Of a stretch of DNA of 64,000 nucleotides, positions 1-7,183 are shown one piece after another. Below the pieces are notes generated by a model, which worked only from the letters and a program-made list of their open reading frames with translations, was not told where the DNA came from and searched no databases. Each line of letters starts with the position of its first letter. The first letter of the stretch is position 1. The DNA lies in the IMG/VR virus record IMGVR_UViG_3300020188_000808, positions 1 to 64,000 of that record. One strand, written 5' to 3'. The translations under genes were made by a program, and so were the position numbers.

Positions 1-80
1 ACACTATACGCATCAATAGGCCTCACTACTATACTATAAGGGTCACTACTGAACAGTTCACTAGGGTTCTCACTACTATA
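1..80 (+). repeat. Short direct repeats TCACTACT
   Basis: TCACTACT at 23-30, 43-50 and 70-77; partial TCACTA at 58-63; non-coding. Confidence 0.6.
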
Positions 81-203
81 TAGAATCATGAGTTCTTTGT
101 GATTGAGCCCGTCATCTGGGTAGAGGTGACCGGTGGTGATCAGAGGAGGATCCAGGTGGTCAAAGCCAGATCTGAGGTCTAATGGTGTCGACCTGACTTT
201 CTC

Positions 204-282
204 CAATGATATCAAGAGGTTAGGTGGGGCCAGGGGCCTCTAGTATGGCCTTTCAAAAAAGTTCAATGATTTCAAGGGGTTA
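204..282 (+). promoter_or_regulatory. Two 19-bp direct repeats resembling IHF sites
   Basis: CAATGATATCAAGAGGTTA (204-222) and CAATGATTTCAAGGGGTTA (264-282); first matches WATCAANNNNTTR exactly, second has one mismatch. Confidence 0.5.
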
Positions 283-420
283 CAAGGGTGCGGAAATCAG
301 GTCGTGTAGGGTGAATTGAACTCCGGTATCAATGTTTCCAATTACGTTCCCGGCGGGTGGATCTATCTGCGATCCTCTATGTTGAACTTCCCTCTACCTC
401 CTTGCCCTTATTGTTCTTAT

Positions 421-449
421 AGTATATGGCCAAAGGCACCTAAAGTCAA
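421..449 (-). promoter_or_regulatory. Divergent sigma70-type promoter (leftward)
   Basis: Minus strand TTGACT-17-TATACT followed by the leader ATAAGAACAATAAGGGCA, identical to the forward leader at 5578-5595. Confidence 0.75.
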
Positions 450-494
450 CCAAAAAAACCCCTAAAATAAAATTATTTTTTGGTAAAATAATGG

Positions 495-523
495 TTGACA
501 TTTGGATTCAGAGATGGTATACT
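495..523 (+). promoter_or_regulatory. Early sigma70-type promoter
   Basis: TTGACA-17-TATACT with A/T-rich upstream tract. Confidence 0.85.
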
Positions 524-558
524 GTAAAGACAATAAGGAATTAGAGAGGGCATAGAAA

Positions 559-996
559 ATGAAATTAGCGATCCACACACAATACAAAGAGAACTATGGC
601 GCACATGACTGGGATGGCCAGGGTGAGTGTCCGCAGTATTGGAAGTTCAAAGGTGGAGAGACCTTTGTTATGGCCATCGAGGATCCCAATCTTAGACCTG
701 AGAACATTGATGATCTTAAGGCGTTGATTGAGTACTCAGACCACTATCAGGAGGAGTATGTCTTAGATTGGAGTTTCGTGGACGAGGGAGAGGCTGTGTG
801 TGAGGACTGGGAGACTCCCTGGACTATATACCGTGAGGCAGATGGGGCCTACTATGCGAGCCGTTGGGTGCCTGCAGAGGACTATTGGACTCCCGGCTAC
901 AAGGGCAAGGCTCAGAGCTATAAGATGGAGCTGGGTGGCGAGAGAAGCCACTATCAAGAGGAGTACGTCAAATTGGCTGAGCCTGAGATGGCTTAG
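559..996 (+). CDS. Hypothetical early phage protein
   Basis: ORF with own promoter and GAGGGCA RBS (546-552). Confidence 0.85.
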   Translation: MKLAIHTQYKENYGAHDWDGQGECPQYWKFKGGETFVMAIEDPNLRPENIDDLKALIEYSDHYQEEYVLDWSFVDEGEAVCEDWETPWTIYREADGAYYASRWVPAEDYWTPGYKGKAQSYKMELGGERSHYQEEYVKLAEPEMA

Positions 997-1029
997 ACGT
1001 GGACAGGTAGGGAGTGGAAACCCGGTTAG

Positions 1030-1089
1030 GCCTTAGACCTATATACAACTAAGGCGGGAGAGCTAGGCGCCCTCATAGAAAGGCCTAGC
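1030..1089 (+). ncRNA. Tandem hairpins; second displays GCCCUC in its loop
   Basis: GCCTTAG/CTAAGGC stem (1030-1055); GCTAGGC/GCCTAGC stem (1062-1089) with loop GCCCTCATAGAAAG. Confidence 0.55.
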
Positions 1090-1145
1090 ATTTATCTGTG
1101 GCATTTGTGCAACACCTGAGCCTTCGCCCATCGGGAGCGTAGTTT

Positions 1146-1174
1146 ATTATAACATATTTTGGACGAGATGTCAA
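1146..1174 (-). promoter_or_regulatory. Divergent antisense sigma70 promoter
   Basis: Minus strand perfect TTGACA-17-TATAAT; no downstream minus-strand gene evident. Confidence 0.8.
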
Positions 1175-1208
1175 CCAAAATAATTAGATTTTTTTTGGTA
1201 AAAAATGG

Positions 1209-1237
1209 TTGACCTTAGACTATTTTGGTGCTATAGT
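1209..1237 (+). promoter_or_regulatory. Early promoter
   Basis: TTGACC-17-TATAGT. Confidence 0.8.
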
Positions 1238-1273
1238 GTAACTATAAACTAAACAACGCAAAGAGGGCAAACT

Positions 1274-1537
1274 ATGCAAAACATTAAATTTCCGTTCGCA
1301 GTACAACTTGCAGGGGACAGCATTTGGGGCTATGAGGGTCCGCAAACTGTCTCAGTCTCAGACATCGCTGTGTACGAGGATGAGGACTACAAGATGATCG
1401 ACGTAGTACACGATACAACGTGGGAGATCTACACAGACAGTGGCTTTGAGGCCGCAATTAGCAAAGCACTTGGCTATGAGGTGCAATTTACAGAGCAAGG
1501 TATGCAACAAAACGGCATGGCCTCTATGGAAGCATAG
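1274..1537 (+). CDS. Hypothetical early protein
   Basis: ORF, promoter, GAGGGCA RBS. Confidence 0.85.
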   Translation: MQNIKFPFAVQLAGDSIWGYEGPQTVSVSDIAVYEDEDYKMIDVVHDTTWEIYTDSGFEAAISKALGYEVQFTEQGMQQNGMASMEA

Positions 1538-1551
1538 CATAAAAAAAATGG

Positions 1552-1580
1552 TTGACACTATAGCATTTTGGTGCTATAGT
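1552..1580 (+). promoter_or_regulatory. Early promoter
   Basis: TTGACA-17-TATAGT. Confidence 0.85.
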
Positions 1581-1603
1581 GTTAATATAATTAGGAGGGC
1601 AAT

Positions 1604-2260
1604 ATGAAAAAGACTATTATAGCAACAGCGATCTTGGCATGTTTGCATACGGCGGCCGCAGGGGCAGAGAAGCTGACATCATTCGATCACGCGGCAGAGC
1701 TAACAGATCAAGCCAAGACCATACTATTCCAAGAGCTGAACGATCAGAACGCAGAGAACCACACACATCCTGCGATCACTTGTCTAGCAGAGAACATCTA
1801 CTTTGAAGCACGAGGCGAGAGCTTTAAGGCCAAGATAGCAGTGGCCAACGTCACACGTAATAGAGTAGAGGACAGCAGATGGCCGAGTACCTACTGTGGT
1901 GTGGTTCAGCAGGGACCTGTGAGGGAATCATGGAAGACCAAGAAGATCAAGGACCTTCCGGACAACCAGCGAGTGTATTACCCACGAAAGCACAGATGTC
2001 AGTTCAGTTGGTACTGTGATGGGGTCAAAGATGTGATATGGGCCAACATGGAACGCACAGGAGAGACCATCGAAGGCAATGCTAGAGCTTGGAGAGAATC
2101 AGTACGTATTGCGATAGCCACACTGGCTCAGGGTGATTACATCATCAAGGACAACACTGGTGGGGCCACTCACTACTATAATCACAACCTAGTTGATCCG
2201 CATTGGGCAGACAGCTATAAAACCACAGCCGTTGTGGGCAATCATACGTTCAAAAAATAG
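1604..2260 (+). CDS. Cell wall hydrolase, SleB/Hydrolase_2 family, with signal peptide
   Basis: Motifs CLAENIYFEARGE, CQFSWYCDG, GATHYY, GNHTF; hydrophobic N-terminus. Confidence 0.9.
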   Translation: MKKTIIATAILACLHTAAAGAEKLTSFDHAAELTDQAKTILFQELNDQNAENHTHPAITCLAENIYFEARGESFKAKIAVANVTRNRVEDSRWPSTYCGVVQQGPVRESWKTKKIKDLPDNQRVYYPRKHRCQFSWYCDGVKDVIWANMERTGETIEGNARAWRESVRIAIATLAQGDYIIKDNTGGATHYYNHNLVDPHWADSYKTTAVVGNHTFKK

Positions 2261-2263
2261 GGG

Positions 2264-2292
2264 TTGACAATTGGATTGGATGATGCTATTAT
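2264..2292 (+). promoter_or_regulatory. Early promoter
   Basis: TTGACA-17-TATTAT. Confidence 0.8.
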
Positions 2293-2320
2293 ATAAACAC
2301 AATAAGGAAATGAGGGCACA

Positions 2321-2644
2321 ATGAAAATTTTAGACATAGAAACAGATGCAACATGGCAGAGTGGTTCAAGCCTCGCAGGCTATGTGACAACCACTTATGA
2401 GGATATCGTGGCCAAGTTTGGTGAGCCAACAGCCGCTGGTGATAAGACCACCGCAGAATGGACACTTGAATTCAAGGTTCTAGAGGACGATGCAGAGGAC
2501 GAGGACGATTGGGACTACGTCTACGCAACCATCTATGACTGGAAAGAATCAAGCACGCCTATGGGGCAGTACCGTTGGCACATTGGTGGGTTCGACAATC
2601 GAGCTGAAGAATGTGTGCAACAGGCCCTGGAAAATAATGGTTGA
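2321..2644 (+). CDS. Hypothetical early protein
   Basis: ORF, promoter, GAGGGCA RBS. Confidence 0.85.
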   Translation: MKILDIETDATWQSGSSLAGYVTTTYEDIVAKFGEPTAAGDKTTAEWTLEFKVLEDDAEDEDDWDYVYATIYDWKESSTPMGQYRWHIGGFDNRAEECVQQALENNG

Positions 2645-2669
2645 CATTTGGATAAAGAGGTGCTATTAT
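2641..2669 (+). promoter_or_regulatory. Early promoter
   Basis: TTGACA-17-TATTAT. Confidence 0.8.
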
Positions 2670-2695
2670 ATAAACATAATAAGGAGGGCAACTAG

Positions 2696-2902
2696 ATGGG
2701 CATGTATAATCTAATAGAAGACAACGTAAACAAGTTCTGGGACATAGCCAACGACAAGGCTGGAGAGTGCGAGAGCTTGGATGAATTCGTTGAAGCAATG
2801 ACTCCGCACGTGGATCTACTACAGGGTAGTTCCGAAGGAGAGTGCGTTGAGGAAGCAATCAGCGAGGCTTGGGGCGAATACTGGGCCAAATATAATATGT
2901 AA
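2696..2902 (+). CDS. Hypothetical acidic early protein
   Basis: ORF with AGGAGGGCA RBS. Confidence 0.8.
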   Translation: MGMYNLIEDNVNKFWDIANDKAGECESLDEFVEAMTPHVDLLQGSSEGECVEEAISEAWGEYWAKYNM

Positions 2903-2909
2903 TTAGGGG

Positions 2910-2938
2910 TTGACTTTTGGTTAACTTGGTGCTATTAT
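2910..2938 (+). promoter_or_regulatory. Early promoter
   Basis: TTGACT-17-TATTAT. Confidence 0.8.
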
Positions 2939-2968
2939 ATAAGAACAATAACAAACAAAGAGGGCAAA

Positions 2969-3169
2969 ATGAAAACAACGATTAACACAATTTCCGGACT
3001 ATTGATAGCAGTTGGACTGATGGCAATGGCAGGTTCAGCCAACGACTGTGATGGTGCTTGTATGGACACGGCCAACACCTTAGGTGAGATGCTAATGGTA
3101 GCAGGTGTAGGTTTTACCATGGTGCTGTTTGGTGCAATGGTCTTAATCAGCAACAGCCAGGAGCAATAG
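2969..3169 (+). CDS. Small membrane protein
   Basis: Two hydrophobic segments; GAGGGCA RBS. Confidence 0.8.
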   Translation: MKTTINTISGLLIAVGLMAMAGSANDCDGACMDTANTLGEMLMVAGVGFTMVLFGAMVLISNSQEQ

Positions 3170-3170
3170 G

Positions 3171-3335
3171 ATGTTGGAAGTAATTGGATTCATCGCTGTA
3201 GCATATCTTATCTTTAAATTCGCACCCGCAATCATCGAAGCAGGGTTCAAGTTCGCTGTGATCTGTTTGGGATTCGTAGCGTTCCTGTTCATCTGTGCAT
3301 GGATTTGGGGTAGCATTTTGGTAATGATTAATTAA
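3171..3335 (+). CDS. Small membrane protein (54 aa, not in ORF track)
   Basis: MLEVIGFIAVAYLIFKF...WGSILVMIN; AGGAG upstream; two hydrophobic segments. Confidence 0.7.
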   Translation: MLEVIGFIAVAYLIFKFAPAIIEAGFKFAVICLGFVAFLFICAWIWGSILVMIN

Positions 3336-3344
3336 AATAAATGG

Positions 3345-3373
3345 TTGACATTCAATTAAATTGAGTGTATACT
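3345..3373 (+). promoter_or_regulatory. Early promoter
   Basis: TTGACA-17-TATACT. Confidence 0.85.
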
Positions 3374-3404
3374 GTAAGTATAACAATTAGGAAACGAGGG
3401 CAAT

Positions 3405-3629
3405 ATGAAACTTAAAAACATTGGTTCAAATATGACAGAGATCGAAGTTAACGGCAAGAGCATCATGTTCAGCTATGAGACTCCGGTTGCAGGCTACTGT
3501 GAGCAGGGTGCGTTTAGAACAGACACCAAGTTCAGCGTAACCACTAGCAAACAGATCAACAAGTACCTAGGTGGCAAAGACGTAGGTAGGGTTGTACCCC
3601 AGGCTTGGATTGAAGGTTTGGTAGCCTAA
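3405..3629 (+). CDS. Hypothetical early protein
   Basis: ORF, GAGGGCA RBS. Confidence 0.85.
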   Translation: MKLKNIGSNMTEIEVNGKSIMFSYETPVAGYCEQGAFRTDTKFSVTTSKQINKYLGGKDVGRVVPQAWIEGLVA

Positions 3630-3823
3630 TGAAAACGATTTTGGTAGTCCTTTGTGCTATGAGCTTGACCGCTTGTGGTACAATGACTCCAAAAGATATG
3701 TTGAAGACCGCGAATGCGTTCCGAAATGTATCTAAGATTACCGCTCCAGGTGTAGAAGAAGAATTGGTTGTTATGACCAAAGACATCTTTGATCCTGCAA
3801 GGGGTGGTGGTTTCAACAAATAA
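3629..3823 (+). CDS. Putative lipoprotein
   Basis: Signal peptide with lipobox LTAC; TAATG coupling to the previous gene. Confidence 0.7.
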   Translation: MKTILVVLCAMSLTACGTMTPKDMLKTANAFRNVSKITAPGVEEELVVMTKDIFDPARGGGFNK

Positions 3824-3826
3824 TGG

Positions 3827-3855
3827 TTGACATACTCACCATTAGATGTTATTAT
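3827..3855 (+). promoter_or_regulatory. Early promoter
   Basis: TTGACA-17-TATTAT. Confidence 0.8.
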
Positions 3856-3893
3856 AACTTGAGTATGAATAGGCAAACAATAGGAGGCCAACA

Positions 3894-4223
3894 ATGAGTA
3901 CCACTAAACTGTACACGGTAGCCGGCACGTCAAACAACAACGGCAAAACAAAAGTAAGGTTCGCGAATGACTATGTGAGTAGATTCAAGATCCTTGTAAA
4001 GAATCAACACGAGGACATCAAAATCGTAGAACTGCCATCAGCAATGAACAAGGCAGATGTATGTAAGTTCTTGTCAACTCATGCAGAGTTCCAGACAGAA
4101 GCACAACAGTCTGCGATCAATGAGTTCGTTGTAAGAAACATCAAACTTGATGCGACTCCAACAGCACCGGCACAGCCTGTAGCTGAAGCAGAGACCATTG
4201 AGGTAGAGCTAGAGACTGCATAG
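3894..4223 (+). CDS. Hypothetical protein
   Basis: ORF with canonical AGGAGG RBS. Confidence 0.85.
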   Translation: MSTTKLYTVAGTSNNNGKTKVRFANDYVSRFKILVKNQHEDIKIVELPSAMNKADVCKFLSTHAEFQTEAQQSAINEFVVRNIKLDATPTAPAQPVAEAETIEVELETA

Positions 4224-4266
4224 TATTGCAGTCCAATAGGGGAGGCACTGACTAAGAGCCTTCCTT

Positions 4267-4359
4267 TGAAGAAGCTGGTTGTGAATGGTTAATACTAGTT
4301 CACGTTGCATTAAACCAGAGCCCGAACGTTGCGTACCAAGGCTCGGCCAGCTTACTTCA
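4267..4359 (+). ncRNA. Putative three-way-junction structured RNA
   Basis: Closing stem TGAAG-AAGCTGG/CCAGCTT-CTTCA with inner stems GTGAA-TGGT/ACTA-TTCAC and GAGCC/GGCTC; two more hairpins upstream (4214-4233, 4238-4266). Confidence 0.5.
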
Positions 4360-4377
4360 TAAATTTTCATTTAGAGG

Positions 4378-4406
4378 TTGACAACCGTCCTTGGTTGTGT
4401 TATAGT
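4378..4406 (+). promoter_or_regulatory. Promoter of tRNA pair
   Basis: TTGACA-17-TATAGT. Confidence 0.85.
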
Positions 4407-4456
4407 AAGACATCATAAGAAGATCAGAAGAGGATCAAATCAAATCATTTTAGTTA

Positions 4457-4533
4457 CTGCCCTTAGCTCAGCTGGATAGAGCAACAGCCTTCTAAGCTGT
4501 AGGTCGTAGGTTCGAATCCTACAGGGCAGGCCA
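4457..4533 (+). tRNA. tRNA-Arg(UCU)
   Basis: Acceptor CTGCCCT/AGGGCAG, anticodon loop CTTCTAA, T-loop TTCGAAT, encoded CCA. Confidence 0.95.
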
Positions 4534-4538
4534 ACAAT

Positions 4539-4626
4539 GCTCGCGTGATGGAATTGGTAGACATACCGGACTTAAAATCCGGAGGCTGTAATGGCCGTGG
4601 CGGTTCGAGTCCGCCCGCGAGTACCA
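4539..4626 (+). tRNA. tRNA-Leu(UAA)
   Basis: Acceptor GCTCGCG/CGCGAGT, anticodon loop CTTAAAA, long variable arm, GGTTCGAGTCC, encoded CCA. Confidence 0.95.
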
Positions 4627-4638
4627 AAGGTAAGTACC

Positions 4639-4679
4639 GCCCGGGGGAGCAACCGCCCTCATGTAAGACTTCCCCGGGC
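4639..4679 (+). ncRNA. GC-rich hairpin displaying GCCCUC
   Basis: GCCCGGGGGAG/CTTCCCCGGGC 11-bp stem; loop CAACCGCCCTCATGTAAGA; directly downstream of tRNA-Leu. Confidence 0.6.
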
Positions 4680-4694
4680 AGGGAAATAAAATGG

Positions 4695-4723
4695 TTGACA
4701 AGTGATCCAATTGGTGTTATAGT
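4695..4723 (+). promoter_or_regulatory. Early promoter
   Basis: TTGACA-17-TATAGT. Confidence 0.85.
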
Positions 4724-4756
4724 ATATGTATAGTTAGAACAAACGGAGGGCATCCA

Positions 4757-4945
4757 ATGATTAGAGTACACACAACAGGACTTGAAGGTGAACGTTTCCT
4801 CAAGCTAGATGAAGTCAACATCCACACACAGAAGATTGACTCTTACAACGGCGCACCATACATCTTGTTCGAGCACAAGGACTATCCAGGAGGAGCGTTG
4901 AGTGCTACATTCGATGGCACCTATTGGGACTGTGATTTAGATTAA
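4757..4945 (+). CDS. Hypothetical early protein
   Basis: ORF, GGAGGGCA RBS. Confidence 0.8.
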   Translation: MIRVHTTGLEGERFLKLDEVNIHTQKIDSYNGAPYILFEHKDYPGGALSATFDGTYWDCDLD

Positions 4946-4952
4946 TTAGGGG

Positions 4953-4981
4953 TTGACAACTGCACCTTTTGGTGCTATAGT
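4953..4981 (+). promoter_or_regulatory. Early promoter
   Basis: TTGACA-17-TATAGT. Confidence 0.85.
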
Positions 4982-5008
4982 ATAAACATAATAACAAATG
5001 AGGGCACT

Positions 5009-5281
5009 ATGAACAATCAATATGAAGTTACCAAGCAGAACGCAAAACTAGCCGACATTGGTCGTGCGATGATGGACTATTCAGAGTTCTACGGTGTTGC
5101 TAATGGACTGGGTCATCTCAAAGATGCTCAGCTGGCCACACTGAATCAGCTCACCCATGTAGGCGGAATGCTTACCAAAATTGGTGTGCTGTTTGGACCG
5201 CGAATGAGTGATCTAAGCGATAGCGACAGAGAATTAGTTGCAAAGTTCAGCAAAAAAGAACTTGACATTCAGAACGTTTGA
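5009..5281 (+). CDS. Hypothetical early protein
   Basis: ORF, GAGGGCA RBS. Confidence 0.85.
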   Translation: MNNQYEVTKQNAKLADIGRAMMDYSEFYGVANGLGHLKDAQLATLNQLTHVGGMLTKIGVLFGPRMSDLSDSDRELVAKFSKKELDIQNV

Positions 5282-5290
5282 TTGTATACT
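5262..5290 (+). promoter_or_regulatory. Early promoter
   Basis: TTGACA-17-TATACT. Confidence 0.8.
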
Positions 5291-5322
5291 GTAAGTATAA
5301 ACAATAAAGAAGAGAGGGCAAA

Positions 5323-5541
5323 ATGGCAACAGATTTGAAATCACACGCACAGGGCGTATCATTGACAAGGTTCGCTGGTGGTGTGGACCGCGGAGTATGC
5401 GTCCAGGTCACAACCAAGAAGCGTCAACCTGTAGGCACAGAGTTCTTTGACTCATTGCAATTGACACGAGCACAGGCCGCGGCATTGGCGGCTGACTTGA
5501 TGGACTTTGCTCAGGGCAGAGAAACAGAAGATTTTGAATAA
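5323..5541 (+). CDS. Hypothetical early protein
   Basis: ORF, GAGGGCA RBS. Confidence 0.85.
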   Translation: MATDLKSHAQGVSLTRFAGGVDRGVCVQVTTKKRQPVGTEFFDSLQLTRAQAAALAADLMDFAQGRETEDFE

Positions 5542-5548
5542 TTAGAGG

Positions 5549-5577
5549 TTGACAACTGTAGCATGTGATGCTATAGT
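5549..5577 (+). promoter_or_regulatory. Early promoter
   Basis: TTGACA-17-TATAGT. Confidence 0.85.
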
Positions 5578-5624
5578 ATAAGAACAATAAGGGCACACTA
5601 ACACACACAACTGAGAGGGTTAAC

Positions 5625-6629
5625 ATGACAACACAAATTGAAATTAAAAGCGGCACGTACAAGATCCGTGGCAAAGACGTAGAACTTGCGGGCATGGTCT
5701 TTCCAATGGTGGAAGAGTTCAAAGTAGGTAGCCAAGGTGGTTACGTAACAGTGGATGGATCAGCAATGGCTGGCTTCCCAGACCGTAACATCAAGATCAA
5801 AGTTAACAGCAGTGATGACTATGCTGTTACTAAAAAGAAGACAACTGTACGTGAAGAAACAGATGAAGAGACCATTGAGCGTCTTAGAGAACGTTTCCAG
5901 ATCCTAGAAGACATGACCAAAGCATGTAAGAAAGGCGATGTACGTGCAATGATCGTAACAGGCCCTCCAGGTGTGGGCAAGAGTTTTGGTGTAGAGAAAG
6001 TGCTAGGCAAGCATGACATGATCGCAACGTTAGGTGAACGACCTGCCAAGTATCAGGTAGTCAAGGGTGCTATGAGTGCAATTGGTCTCTACTGTAAACT
6101 GTTCAACTATGCAGACAAAGACAATGTACTAGTGTTTGATGACTGTGACTCAATCCTACAAGAAGACCTGAGTTTAAACATCTTAAAAGCCGCACTGGAT
6201 TCGAAAGCTTCAAGACGTATACATTGGAACACAGACAGTTTCAAGTTGCGTAACGAAGGTGTGCCGGATTCATTCGAGTTCAAAGGCTCATGCATATTCA
6301 TTACCAACATCAAGTTTGAAAACGTTAAGAGCAAGAAGATGAGAGATCACCTAGCGGCCATTGAAAGTAGATGCCACTATATCGATCTTACCATTGACAG
6401 CGAACGTGAGAAGATGTTGCGTATCAAACAAATCGTAGGTGATGGCATGTTAGCTAAACATGCACTAGATGAAGAAACACACGAACGAGTGGTAGACTTC
6501 ATCGACATCAACAAAAAGAATCTCCGAGAGCTTAGTCTAAGGACTGTGCTTAAGGTGGCCGATCTCGCTAAAGCCTTTCCAGACAACTGGGAAGCAATGG
6601 CTGAGAATACAGTACTGCAACGAGCCTAA
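5625..6629 (+). CDS. AAA+ family P-loop ATPase
   Basis: Walker A GPPGVGKS, Walker B LVFDDCD, sensor FITN, arginine-finger-like ESRC. Confidence 0.85.
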   Translation: MTTQIEIKSGTYKIRGKDVELAGMVFPMVEEFKVGSQGGYVTVDGSAMAGFPDRNIKIKVNSSDDYAVTKKKTTVREETDEETIERLRERFQILEDMTKACKKGDVRAMIVTGPPGVGKSFGVEKVLGKHDMIATLGERPAKYQVVKGAMSAIGLYCKLFNYADKDNVLVFDDCDSILQEDLSLNILKAALDSKASRRIHWNTDSFKLRNEGVPDSFEFKGSCIFITNIKFENVKSKKMRDHLAAIESRCHYIDLTIDSEREKMLRIKQIVGDGMLAKHALDEETHERVVDFIDINKKNLRELSLRTVLKVADLAKAFPDNWEAMAENTVLQRA

Positions 6630-6696
6630 TAGCCCTCAACCCTGGCTCTGTACTGTACCGAACCCCTGCTAGTGTGCCCTCGCTATGCAGGGGTTC
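6608..6696 (+). ncRNA. Two tandem hairpins each displaying (U)GCCCU(C)
   Basis: TACAGTAC..GAGCC/GGCTC..GTACTGTA with GCCCTC (6632-6637) in the loop; GAACCCCTGC-TAGTG/CGCTA-GCAGGGGTTC with loop TGCCCT (6675-6680). Confidence 0.65.
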
Positions 6697-6746
6697 ACCT
6701 TGACAAAAACTCCATAAAATAAATGAAAAAAACCTGCTGATTTTGG

Positions 6747-6775
6747 TTGACATATTGGATTGCAGACTGTATACT
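6747..6775 (+). promoter_or_regulatory. Early promoter
   Basis: TTGACA-17-TATACT. Confidence 0.85.
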
Positions 6776-6807
6776 GTAAGTATAAACAATAAAGAAGAGG
6801 GTACGCA

Positions 6808-7137
6808 ATGAGTTATATCACAGACAAATGGAACGCAGGTGAAGTACACTTCCAAGATGGCGCGGCTGGTTGGTTGTTTGATTCAGGTGAGTTCCGTCCG
6901 CTTATGGACGATGCTATGCGAGAACTACACTATGAAGGCCTGGTTGATGCAGACTGTGTAGAGATCACAGCGTTTGCCAGAGACTTGTACACAACCAAAT
7001 CAATTGCAGAGTACCGTGTAGCACAGAGTCAACGTAGTGCAGAACAGATTGCTGAAGAACGAAGCGAAGCTAGAGCCGCTATGGGCGAGGGTGTAGAGAT
7101 GGTAAACATCATAACAGGAGAACGATACACAACTTAG
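6808..7137 (+). CDS. Hypothetical early protein
   Basis: ORF, GAGGGTA RBS variant. Confidence 0.85.
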   Translation: MSYITDKWNAGEVHFQDGAAGWLFDSGEFRPLMDDAMRELHYEGLVDADCVEITAFARDLYTTKSIAEYRVAQSQRSAEQIAEERSEARAAMGEGVEMVNIITGERYTT

Positions 7138-7154
7138 AGTTGTGTATTTTTTGG

Positions 7155-7183
7155 TTGACCTTTGGCTCAACTGAATGTATTAT
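7155..7183 (+). promoter_or_regulatory. Early promoter
   Basis: TTGACC-17-TATTAT. Confidence 0.75.

Noticed and set aside
1-85. Resemblance to T7/T3/SP6 promoter cores (CACTATA..GGG), suggesting vector contamination
   Set aside because: No exact match to those promoters; better described as TCACTACT repeats
4457-4533. tRNA-Arg acceptor stem contains TGCCCT/AGGGCA
   Set aside because: It is base-paired in the tRNA, and GCCCT is ordinary in tRNA-Arg(UCU) acceptor stems; not counted among the anti-RBS loops
4463-4771. ORFs 4463-4771, 4519-4710 and 4545-4733
   Set aside because: They overlap the two tRNA genes and the hairpin; spurious
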